Positions 35,461 through 45,622 of a DNA stretch of 45,622 bases are shown here, piece after piece. Below the pieces are notes generated by a model. It was not told the DNA's origin. It saw only the letters and a program-made list of their open reading frames with translations, and did no database searches. The position numbers were made by a program, and so were the translations under genes. How positions within the stretch are numbered: position 1 is the stretch's first letter; each line of letters starts with the position of its first letter. This DNA comes from Asterionella formosa (lineage: Eukaryota): contig NKIB01014238.1 in assembly GCA_002256025.1 (NCBI GenBank), forward strand, positions 1 through 45,622, in the 5' to 3' direction.

Positions 35461-36288
35461 CGAAATAGCATGATGTTAGTACTGCTAGTTAACTCAAAAT
35501 TCTAGTGACATGGTGCATGCAATGAGCGAGTTTACAATGTATACTGGGTGAACCGTGCAAATCCAAGCACAATGCATTTCATACACCATGCATAGTTTAT
35601 TTTATAATTTGTACCCCTATTTCGACATCAAGCATTGTACTACAAAGGTTATCTTACCAATCCGATATCATCACCTTTTTCGGATTTTACCCAGTACAGA
35701 AGCAAATGATGGTCGTGGGGTTTAATTTTTGTGTACCAGGTAACAAGCACCATGTATGGTACCAGTAACTGGTACCGGTACTAGGTCGCAGTGAAACCGG
35801 GTTTAATTTTTCGAATTCTATCCCCTGATAAAGAATACTGTTGTAAAACGGTCCTTTCACTTCTTTTATTTTCAGATCAATACCGGTAGTTAGTACCTGG
35901 TAAAAGTACCATGCCAGTTATAAAATGACCCAGTAGACAAATATTAGAGGCCTACAGGCATACCTGGTACCAGCACCTGGTACTCGGAGTACCGGTACCT
36001 ACCAGGTAAACTTGTACCAGGTAACAAATGAACAAATAGTTAGTACAGAATAATTATATATACAGCTATATAAAATATATATCTGCGATCCTTTCCGATA
36101 CTCAAACTACGGTATCGCCCATAAAATGAAATAAAATTCGCGGAAAAACGAATACCACCCATACTTCTTTACAAAATAAGTATTTTTATGTACCGGTATG
36201 TACATCATACATGACCGGTATCCTAAAAGGGGAAACTTGTGACAACAGCATCATAAAATCGAGTTACAACAAGCGAATATTGTCAACC

Positions 36289-37703
36289 ATGGCAAGGCCG
36301 CTGAATATATTCGCATACTGGTTTGCTGCGATATGTATTGTAACTGTAGGCATCAGCTATTCAAGTTCTTTTATGAAAACTCGAAGTCTAATGTGGAGAG
36401 TCATTTTTGGTGTTCAAGATCCGAAGTCAAAGGCGCCGCAGAGATTAGAGGGTTCCAAATCGATAGACTTTCTGACGTTAGACAAGCACGACAATGTCGC
36501 CAATCTTCGAATACTAACCATGGGTGCCTCGAGAACTTTCGGAGCAACGTTAGAGCACAGATTGCAATCTGCTTATCCCTTTTTGCTGTCGCGAAATGCC
36601 ACGAATCTTGCCATTCGAGCAACGGGGTACGTATGACCAAGTTCCCTGTACCCGGCATTCCAATACAGAATCCAATGGATATGATACGTGCTAATGTTTG
36701 TGTCTTTTTTGAAAAATACAGACCTGACTACCCTTCACTGTGTGCCTATTCTATGATTGGTGAAAGCGCTCAGTTTGATGCCATTGTTTTAGAATTTTAT
36801 GTCGACGCGGATGATTACTTGATTATTTTGGCACGAAGACTGAGACGGAGATTTCCCAAAGCAGCAATAGTTCTTTTGAGAATATGGGGGCCATTGCAGT
36901 TTATCTACCTCCCGACAGATACAGCACAAGGTTTGAGGACCTTTTTAGATAGACACTCGTTGAGTATCCATGATGAGGACTTTATGGACGTGTTGAGAAC
37001 TGAAACCAACCAAGACGACTGGTTTTTCAATCCATATTCAAGGCAACTGGAAGTCCAACGAAAAGTAATCAGCGATGTAGGAGCAATATTGTGGGAGTTG
37101 GAGCGACCAGTAGATCCTTTTGAAGCGCTAGAGCAATATCGTGCCTTTTTCGCAGAAGATCTAGTTCACATTTCCAAGGCAGGGCACGAAATGATTGCTG
37201 ATCGTCTGATCACAGTTCTAGCTCAAGTTCAAAAAAGTGATGAGACCGGGACCTGGGAGCATGACTTTTGTCAGAGTTGGTTTGAATCCGGAAACATTGA
37301 ACTCCAGTCACACGAAGAAGTTGTGATGACCGAGTTTGATACAAAATCCCACAAATGGGCTTTAGAATTTAATCCCACAGTTGCTTGGATGAAGGCTCAA
37401 AACCCACTAGGTCGCACCTCACAGGTTTTTGTTCGTTACATGAAGACTTCGCCTCCACCAGGACTCTATCCGACTACCATGGTTCAGATCGAAGGAGGAA
37501 ATGTGGGCGAGGAAGTAATTATCAACCCGACGGGCTCGAATTCATTTTCACGTTCTCATATTAACCAAGTTGCCAAAATCGGTAATATTCCACCTGGAGA
37601 GATGAAGCTAGTCTTTACTGCGTTAGAGAAAGGGAAGAAATTCCCGTTTCGAGTGACTGGCATCGTGATTGCGCCATTTGATAACGAATTGTTACAAAGT
37701 TAA
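36289..37703 (+). CDS. Membrane-anchored SGNH/GDSL-like hydrolase; exons 36289-36626 and 36722-37703
   Basis: N-terminal TM, LRILTMGASRTFG (block I Ser), AIRATG (block II), FDAIVLEF and EDLVHISKAGH (DxxH). The GTACGT..CAG intron (36627-36721) joins the frames as RATGPDYPSLC. Confidence 0.8.
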
Positions 37704-37746
37704 AAATTTTGGATGTAGCTATGGAAATTGGAAAAAGTGAAATTGT

Positions 37747-39453
37747 TCATTCTATAATAGAGCCATTGGTTGAGTCCTTCGCAGATGTTGTCTGATCTAT
37801 TAATTGGATAGGCAGCTGTTGTTTTGCTCGAGATTGCAACGGCCACTCGGCTCGCATGGTGACGCGGCCAAACATGAATCGAGCAGGAGGCGCCCAACCC
37901 TTGTCAGAAAGGGTACGAAGTAGCAATGGAAACCATGTATCAGCTTCTTGGCATGCCCTTTTAATCTCGTCCATACAATCTCGGGACCGCCATAATTGAT
38001 TGGGGTCCTTCTTGGCAAGACTTTGACGTAGCAAAGAGAGTGCCAAGGTTGATTTGACAATGTCAACATTGTTTGCATCCGCATGTAAAACAATGTGGCA
38101 ATTCTCTTGGAGAATAATGGTTGAGGATTTTGGGGAGCTCCATTGTTGCCTTGACTTGTTCTTCACATCAACTCCAACTACTAGCATGAAGCGTTCATTT
38201 TGAAAGATTTTCAATAGAGAAACCAATTCATCTGGTGACAGCTTGGCACGTCCAAGCGACCCAAACGCAATGGTTCGACGAGCCAAATGCTTGGGCGGCA
38301 AAAATATCTTTTCCGTCTTGGCCATTTCTTGTGGCGTCGGAATACCAACAGGTTGACCGGCAGTTTGTGATTTAACGAAATTTTGGACCACTTGCACCAA
38401 TCGCTCAAAGTTGAGGACTTTAAACTCTACTGATCCAATCATGTGGTAGTAGCAATATAATTCCAAGAGTTGCATCGTCAAGTATGCGGCAACAACGCTT
38501 CGAACGTCCATATGAATGAACCTCGACAAACAAACACCACTGGCAATACCCAACAAGTCGACAACAGAAATCTGAGCCTCGCCCTTTGCTGTAATATCGC
38601 CAATGTTTTCTCTTGTTCTAAAAGAGTTGTATATGGATGTTCTCGTTGCAGAAGAGGTCAGCATGCTGACCTGCTTAAATGCATTTGCACATGTAGCCAA
38701 TAAGAGGAAGAGAGATGGAAAGATGTAGGTGATAATTTCAAATCCATTCCCAAGCGCATACAATAGCGACGATCGAAATCTCCATCTTTTCGCATCCGAG
38801 TCAAACTTTCGACCCATTTTGGATGCCCAGATCAAACGCACTATTTTCCCGAGAGTGTCCTTTAGTACCCAGTTGAGGGCTGCGGAGACGCCAAGATCCT
38901 TATTTTTTAACCCGAGTCCTAATAGTAAGGACTGTGTCCCTAGAACATGTACATTCGAATTGATAAAGCGCTGCACTACTCTCCATTTGACAAATGTGTA
39001 GTACGAGTTTGTAACCCCCTCGGGTACAAAAGCTACTTTGAGCAAAGAAATGATTTTAGTTTGGGTGCGTAGAAAAAGTCTTGCTGGTGGACTGTTTTTC
39101 AGTGCTGTTGTAATCTTAAAGGTGTCTCCACTAGCTTCCGGAGACATGCGTTTCTCCTTATTCTTTGTGGCTACGATGGGTACATACCGTTCTAGCGATG
39201 CATCATAGGTCAGGGGTGTTCGTTGTTCATATAGAACATCAACTTCATTGACTGCAAAGTCCAGGGGCAACGATCCATCAATAGTTGTCAAGAACAAGTT
39301 AGTTCGTGCAACGTTATTGTTTGAGCACGGTAATATTTTTGATTGTAGAGATGGAGGCAAAAAGGCATTAACAACGTTGAATCCACCGTGATGAATGGAA
39401 CTCAAACTGAGAAGTGCTATTGTGTGTTTCGCCATTGTTATTTTGCTCTTCAT
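37747..39453 (-). CDS. RUS1/DUF647 (root UVB sensitive) family protein, probably plastid-targeted
   Basis: FVPEGVTNSYYTFVKWR, VLGTQSLLLGLG, AALNWVLKDTLGK, FDSDAKRWR, ENIGDITAKGEAQ and LNFERL. Presequence VVNA|FLPPS. Confidence 0.9.
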   Translation of the reverse strand: MKSKITMAKHTIALLSLSSIHHGGFNVVNAFLPPSLQSKILPCSNNNVARTNLFLTTIDGSLPLDFAVNEVDVLYEQRTPLTYDASLERYVPIVATKNKEKRMSPEASGDTFKITTALKNSPPARLFLRTQTKIISLLKVAFVPEGVTNSYYTFVKWRVVQRFINSNVHVLGTQSLLLGLGLKNKDLGVSAALNWVLKDTLGKIVRLIWASKMGRKFDSDAKRWRFRSSLLYALGNGFEIITYIFPSLFLLLATCANAFKQVSMLTSSATRTSIYNSFRTRENIGDITAKGEAQISVVDLLGIASGVCLSRFIHMDVRSVVAAYLTMQLLELYCYYHMIGSVEFKVLNFERLVQVVQNFVKSQTAGQPVGIPTPQEMAKTEKIFLPPKHLARRTIAFGSLGRAKLSPDELVSLLKIFQNERFMLVVGVDVKNKSRQQWSSPKSSTIILQENCHIVLHADANNVDIVKSTLALSLLRQSLAKKDPNQLWRSRDCMDEIKRACQEADTWFPLLLRTLSDKGWAPPARFMFGRVTMRAEWPLQSRAKQQLPIQLIDQTTSAKDSTNGSIIE

Positions 39454-39974
39454 TTTCTGGACACGTATATCGATTTATCCTGCGCCTAGAACTGGTATTA
39501 TATGTACCAGTACTTTGTGGTTGACTCGAACTGTTTCTTGCGCCTCCCAACACAAAAATAAACAAGGAGGCTTCTTGATGAAAACCAGTTTCAATGCTGA
39601 CTGGCTTTGTAGTTGTTCTAGAATTTGCTCGACTGAACGCAATACCGGCAGTAGTAAGTATAGAGATAATACTAGTGATGATGAATGATACCGGTATATC
39701 CCGGTATGTTCTACTCCTTCAACATAAATTAAAGTGCCGGTACCTGCGATGATGATGGCCTTTGCTTTGCTTGAAATGACGAAGACACCAGCGAAACTTT
39801 GAAATACTGAACAAGCACGGCAGAAATCAATGTGAGAATAGTAATGGTGAGCATGGCGCGCTGCGGGATGTCGGAGTGCTGAGCGACTGACGATCGATGA
39901 GAGCCACAGCTACCAGTTCCGTAGTACATACGAGTATCCATTTTATTTTTATTACCCGGTATGTCTTTTAGTAC

Positions 39975-40093
39975 AAAGATATTTCGTCCCCCTGTCAACC
40001 GTATTTCGATATTTCGTCCCCCTAACCCTTTTCTTCAGATGCTACCTTGGAAGAGTCTACATAGGGTTAGGGTAAGCGGGACGAAATATCTTT
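39975..40093. mobile_element. Small inverted-repeat (MITE-like) element with telomere-type repeats
   Basis: Perfect 16-bp TIR AAAGATATTTCGTCCC / GGGACGAAATATCTTT. Inner CCCTAACCCT (40020-40029) and AGGGTTAGGG (40063-40072). Confidence 0.65.
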
Positions 40094-40626
40094 TTCCTAC
40101 GTACCGGTATATTTATTTATAATGAATACGATTTTACCGTGTATTGAATGTGCATGTGTACTACAATGTACATACCTCCACCAGACCTGTCGTTCCTGAC
40201 AACGATTGTGCAATATGTATCGGTAGCTTGGTAAAGGTCCTAATTTATACAGGTAATATTTTACATACCGGTACTGCAAATGACCAGAGCTAAATTCTTC
40301 CATGCGGTGTCAAACTTGCTGTCGTCATGGATCATTACCGCATCAGGCATCATCTCCTGCCTTGCTTTCGAATTTTCTGCCTTCGTTTTGGTCGTTTGTG
40401 AAGTTGCTTTGCTTTAAAATTTATAATTTGGTACTCTGGCTGTTTGCTTTGCCTCTCTTTCATCAAGACTGCTTTTTTGGATCTGCTCTTCGTAAATAGT
40501 ACCAGCAGTATATTGAGTCTATCAATCTCCTAGTCTACATATATATTTTATACCAACATCCTGAATTCATCTCTTATGGACTCTCGTTTGTAATAAGTAC
40601 ACGCAACAGTTTCTTATCAGAGTATC

Positions 40627-42324
40627 ATGGTCGACCAAAATAACGACGACTACAAGATTTGCTTAACTGCCGGCCATGAGCGACTCATTCTGTCTATCCC
40701 ACCCAATGAATCAATGAAAGACTTGTATCAACGTGTGGAAAATCACTTTGATGCAAAAGTTGTATCCATACAGAGTTGTATTCCACCAAGGATTACATTC
40801 ACCAGGGCTGATGATTCTGTGGTACGGTCCATTGTGGCTAGAAATGATCGAGTTTTAGTTCTATTGGAGAAAAAGGACAATACGGATACAACAACAACAA
40901 CAACAACAACAAATACTACAACTACTGGTCGAGTGCAACGAGCAACTGCCAAAAAGGCAACCGAATCCTTTGCTGAGATTATTGCAGCACAAGAAAAATC
41001 TACTGAAATGTCGAATGCTACTCATACGAAACGAAAGAGAACACCACCCACAACACCCATCATGGCAAGAACTACAACACATGGGAGCAACACATTGGCA
41101 AGATTACCTGGACGTCGATTGGCTGATGGAGCCGCTATTGCTGGACGTGGCAAGAAAAAAACAACCAAAACCAAGATGAACAATGAACATGATGTATCCA
41201 TGGCTTTATTTACTGCATTGAATCAGGGTGGTGGTGGCAAGGTCGGTCGCGTCTTGCGAGGTGCCATGAAAAATGCCATCACATGCACGTACAATGCGAC
41301 GTATGCATTAGTTCGAGTCGCAGCAGTACAAGCGAATCAATATACCATTACAGAATCAACAACAGCAACATTACATGTGGCGTTTAGTAAAATGACACAG
41401 GGTAGAGGGAACTATGAAGAAGATGTGGACTGCATTCCACTCGATGCGCTGAAGCAAGTTTTGGAGGCGATTCATCAGTCAGATCGAGAATCATTACGAC
41501 CGGTTACCTTGGCACAGTTGTCACCTCGAGTATTTTGGTCACTCCTTCATCAAGTATCACCTGAATGTGAGACTAGGAGTATTGAAGCAGCATATGTCGA
41601 ACTATTGCCACAGCTGGATTGGAAGTTCTTAAACAGACGCAAAACAACATTATCGGATAAGGCAAAGGAGAATTTGAGACAGCAGACAATGGATGACAAC
41701 AACGATGAAGATATTCATGCAGCACACGAGGCCGTTCAAGCTGTCGAAAATGCCATGGATTCGCTTGAAGCGTATTCGGTTGACCAGCGCCGAAAGAAAG
41801 CAGCAGACGCAGCAATGGCGAGAATCAATATTAGTACTACAACAGCTCCTAGTGACCAGCGGCCGTGGGAACTTGTGACTCCAACAGAACTAGATGAAGA
41901 CGAATTAGTAACATGTCTTGGAAATGATGCCAAAAATTTTGTTCCAAAACTAATACAGCACAATATTTTCAATTGGAGAATGTTGGCCAATTGCACGTCT
42001 GTGGACTTATCCACAAAACTAAACGTCCCAGAGACCACCATTGACAGGTGGTTGGACCGGGCTCAACAAGAATCCATCGATGAAGTCATGGTGGAGATTT
42101 GTGATGCCAATATCGCCGCTGTTGAAGCACTTTGTGACGAGGCCAAGTCAGGTACCCCCAAGGATTTGTCCCTTTGGAGGAGTATTCCAGACATGCTGTT
42201 AGGAGCAACCCCGTCTCTCAAGAATGCAGTTGATGTGACCACTCTTGGGATGTGGTGTCAACGATCTTATGAAGTTCTTCAAAACTATCAGTGGATCAAT
42301 TGGTATGCAACCCCAGTCGATTAG
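40627..42324 (+). CDS. Hypothetical protein: ubiquitin-like N-terminus, T/K-rich linker, HhH-like C-terminal repeats
   Basis: 565-aa intact ORF. Domain calls are from sequence pattern only (SIPPNESMKDLYQRVENHF..SCIPPR; HNIFNWRMLAN..LSTKLNVPETTIDRW). Confidence 0.75.
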   Translation: MVDQNNDDYKICLTAGHERLILSIPPNESMKDLYQRVENHFDAKVVSIQSCIPPRITFTRADDSVVRSIVARNDRVLVLLEKKDNTDTTTTTTTTNTTTTGRVQRATAKKATESFAEIIAAQEKSTEMSNATHTKRKRTPPTTPIMARTTTHGSNTLARLPGRRLADGAAIAGRGKKKTTKTKMNNEHDVSMALFTALNQGGGGKVGRVLRGAMKNAITCTYNATYALVRVAAVQANQYTITESTTATLHVAFSKMTQGRGNYEEDVDCIPLDALKQVLEAIHQSDRESLRPVTLAQLSPRVFWSLLHQVSPECETRSIEAAYVELLPQLDWKFLNRRKTTLSDKAKENLRQQTMDDNNDEDIHAAHEAVQAVENAMDSLEAYSVDQRRKKAADAAMARINISTTTAPSDQRPWELVTPTELDEDELVTCLGNDAKNFVPKLIQHNIFNWRMLANCTSVDLSTKLNVPETTIDRWLDRAQQESIDEVMVEICDANIAAVEALCDEAKSGTPKDLSLWRSIPDMLLGATPSLKNAVDVTTLGMWCQRSYEVLQNYQWINWYATPVD

Positions 42325-43111
42325 AGGGGTAAGGCATTTGCGTTTATTTGGAGTCATTGCTTAAGACTAGCGTCGTTTGCAATCTTTCAAATGCTCTTTT
42401 TATTGTGGACATTGCTGACTTTGCAAAAATAAGGTATCTGCATGAGCTCGAGTTAACATTGAAATGAATATATTTTATGTAAAGTTAGACCGCATCCAGC
42501 GTTCATTTTTTGAGTGACCATGTTGGAATCACAAATTGGCGCATTGGTGTCATTAAGTGTTTATATAAATGTCCTTTCTGTAATCATTTCTTTGACTGCT
42601 CATCAATAAAGTTAAACCGCTTCGAGGTTGATTGATGTACAAACAATTTGAAAGGTCGAATCACCAAGCCATATCCCAGGTTATACCTGGGACATTGTGA
42701 ATTCACCGGATCCTGTGCTATTTAGCATCCTGTACCGGCAAAACCATTCTGGGGGTGTTGGCTTGGTCAGCAAAATTGTGCCAAAGTAGCTCTCGTTGAT
42801 TTTGACAAGGTGGAACTGCTGCATTGACGATCAATTCCAGCAAGAGCATCTGGAACAACATAAACATTTAAAGACAGAGCAAACAGTATACTATATAGTG
42901 GAATCAAACGAGTTATTTGTATGGTATTGTCATACGCAGCACATTCCAAATCTACAATAAACTGTGCAAAGTGATGCATTAATATCAACTCCTACTTTTC
43001 CAATGCACACATGGCTCAAAAGACATTGTGAAAAATTAATGAAAATTGCTGCTTCCCATTTTTGATATTAATTCTTTGCATTCGATAAAAATCTTGGTTC
43101 TTTAGGACAAT

Positions 43112-44070
43112 CTAGCCACAACATCCTCCCTTTTGTGCTTGAATTTGATCAGCCTCTGGTGCAGATAATGTAATTGCTTGACCACGGCCAGCTTGAAAAT
43201 GCCCTCCTCCACCATGTTCCAATTCCTCTCCCTTTGCGTTGACTGACTTAATTTGCTTTTTTGTTTGTGTTTTGTAAATTTCCTGGAGAATTCTTTGAAA
43301 AGCTGTGTCAACTCCAGTGGAGTCCAAGGCTGACGTCTCAATGAATGCAAGGCCATTCTTGCGAGCAAAGGATCGCCCGTCTCTGACAAATACGGTTCGC
43401 TGGTCATTCAAATCAGTCTTATTTCCAACCAACATGATTAAGCAATCCTTTTCGGCATTCTCTTCGACTTCCTTCAACCACATCGGGACATGGTTGAATG
43501 AGTTTCGGTCTGTAACATCATATACCAATAACGCACCTACAGCACCTCTGTAGTACGACGAAGCAATACTTCGATACCGTTCTTGACCGGCGGTATCCCA
43601 GATCTGTGCTTTGACTAGTTTATTATCTTCAATCTGCACAGTCTTTGTTGCAAACTCAACTCCGATGGTTGACTTCGAGTCTTTGTTGAACTCATTTTTG
43701 GTAAAACGAAAGACAAGATTAGACTTTCCAACGCCCGAGTCGCCCAATAGGACAATCTTAAAAATGAACTGAAAAACAAAGAGGTGCAACGAGGGAGAGA
43801 GAGAGAGAGTCAGAAAGGGTACAACGGTTGTTCCAGCAAAAAGTCATTTACATATGATAGCTTGGTATGACTCGTCAACGGTAGAAAGCCGATACACATC
43901 GTGAGGAGAGTACCACGGGCTGCGTGTAAGGAGGATTTATCATGAAGCGCGGTGGCGAGGCCTCTGTCAATGAATGCCCCGCGAACTCAAATCAATTTCT
44001 TTCAAAAACTAGGATCAACTTTGCCATAAAAGCAAGCAAATCAACTTACATCGTAGCTCTCGTTATCCAT
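43112..44070 (-). CDS. RAB11: Rab11-family small GTPase; exons 44070-44050 and 43768-43112
   Basis: [37 protein letters not shown] and C-terminal GGCCG. The 21-nt first exon MDNESYD, followed by a GTAAGT..TTCAG intron (43769-44049), gives the canonical YDFIFKIVL. Confidence 0.95.
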
Positions 44071-44805
44071 GCTAAAGTCGGAAGCAGCAGCGAGAGAAGG
44101 GTGAAATATTTATCACAAGCAAGATGACTTTTGGAATGAGAAAATCTTCACTTGTTGTGAGTAGATTTTGTACGGGAAGTTAATCAATTATTGGCAGTGG
44201 CACTGCTACAAAATGGAAAAAGGAGTACCGGTAATATGGTATTATTCCAACCTTCGCATCCTTACTACCAGGCACTCCGTACTCCGTACCAGGTTCGTGA
44301 AGATAAATTACGTCACTTGCCTGTGAAAGTCATTCTGATAATAGTTCCGGTCATTCTGCCTTCACAAGTTTTGAGAGCGAACGCACAAGGCAGGTACGGC
44401 ATTACCAGTACTCCTCCTAGGTAATATGGAAATTACTAGCGAATGATACCTGCACATTGCCAGAGAGGAAGTGAGGCGGACGCTCGCTAACGGATCGACA
44501 TCGATCGATAAGGGTCGTTCTTATCATTTTTTTTCGTGTATCACGGAATTTGAATTTTTTTGAAAATGTATCAGCAACGGTAACTCGATTTGAACTGAAT
44601 TTCATTCATTCCAAAAGTGTCACTGTATCACTAATTTGTGATCACATTGTATCATGGAGTAACATGAATCTTCAACGGCAACTGGCTGGCGAAGATCATG
44701 TGTATATCCCTCCGGAATATAATGATGGTCTTGATATCAAGCAACAACAAAATATAATTACCGGGAAACTAAATATAATATTAAAAACACACATTTGCAT
44801 GAATC

Positions 44806-45622
44806 ATGTTGTCGCCATTTGATTTACTTGATGATAATGACGATGACAGTAGTGATCTTGATTTCTTCTTCCTCTGTCATTTAGCTAAGGAAGCAGAGGA
44901 AAAAGAACACTCATCCAAACGACAAAGGCGACGCTGTAAACGGCAGCTTCAGTCATCTGAACGACGACGACAACGAAGGCACAAGTGGCACCACGAAAGA
45001 ATCTCCTGGCAATCACATGTCGAGAAACTCAATCACGAGATTGCTTTCGAGAAGACATACAGAATGTCACACAGAGCATTCAAAAAACTCACCTCCATGC
45101 TGGAAATTCAGATTGCAGGGAATTATTCCAAATGTGGCACTTCTGAGCCCATAATTCCCGAAATTGTGGTAGCCATTGGTTTGCGATGGCTGGCTGGGGG
45201 CAGTTACATCGACATTCGTCATGCCTACGGTTGTAGCATTGCTTCACTTTATCGATGTCGTGATTTGTTCATTGATGCTGTACTAAACTGTGGAGAACTC
45301 GAAATTGTTTTTCCAAAAGAAAAAGAAGAATTTATCAAATTGGCTTCCAGCTTTGAATGCAAAAGCTCAGAGGGCATGATGAGAGGATGTGTTGGTGCTA
45401 TTGACGGCTTCCTAGCCACCATCAACCGCCCGACTATAGTTGAAAGTGGCAACAACCCTGGTTCATTTTTTTCCGGTCACTACATGACTTATGGAATCAA
45501 TGTCCAGGCTGTTTGTGATGCTGACTCAAGATTTATTTATTTTGGTGTAATTGCACCGGGAAAATGCAGTGACCAAGTAGCTTTTGAACGAACTTCCATT
45601 TTCGATCGAGTTGCAGCATTCA
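44806..45622 (+). mobile_element. PIF/Harbinger DDE transposase, open to the window end
   Basis: Manual translation from ATG 44806 gives MLSPFDLL..FEKTYRMSHRAF..AIGLRWLAGGSYIDI..GCVGAIDG..FFSGHYMTYGINVQAVCDADSRF..PGKCSD with no stop. It is absent from the ORF track because it is unterminated. Confidence 0.92.

Noticed and set aside
42674..42692. Hairpin TCCCAGGT-tat-ACCTGGGA between convergent genes
   Set aside because: An 8-bp stem can arise by chance, and intrinsic terminators do not apply to Pol II genes.

Overview
Eukaryotic nuclear DNA, most likely from a diatom or related stramenopile. This is inferred from the few short GT-AG introns, bipartite plastid-targeting presequences, a nucleus-encoded sigma-70 factor and Copia LTR remnants. 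About 15 intact host genes are present: NO66/RIOX1, an SLC35F transporter, a plastid sigma factor, a plastid-targeted PPAT, an unknown mitochondrial membrane protein, an SNF5-domain protein, p24/GOLD, a HAD-like protein, two small RVxF-motif proteins, PA200/Blm10, an SGNH hydrolase, RUS/DUF647, an unknown Ubl/HhH-like protein and Rab11. Between them lie two Copia remnants with recognisable LTRs, a PIF/Harbinger transposase running off the right end, transposon-like debris at the left end, an LRR pseudogene and an AT-rich gene-free stretch with degenerate repeats. The most unusual pattern is clusters of TACC(W)GGTA/GGTACC micro-palindromes in the 5' flank of nearly every gene, almost absent between convergent 3' ends. 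All family calls come from reading motifs by eye; no database searches were run.
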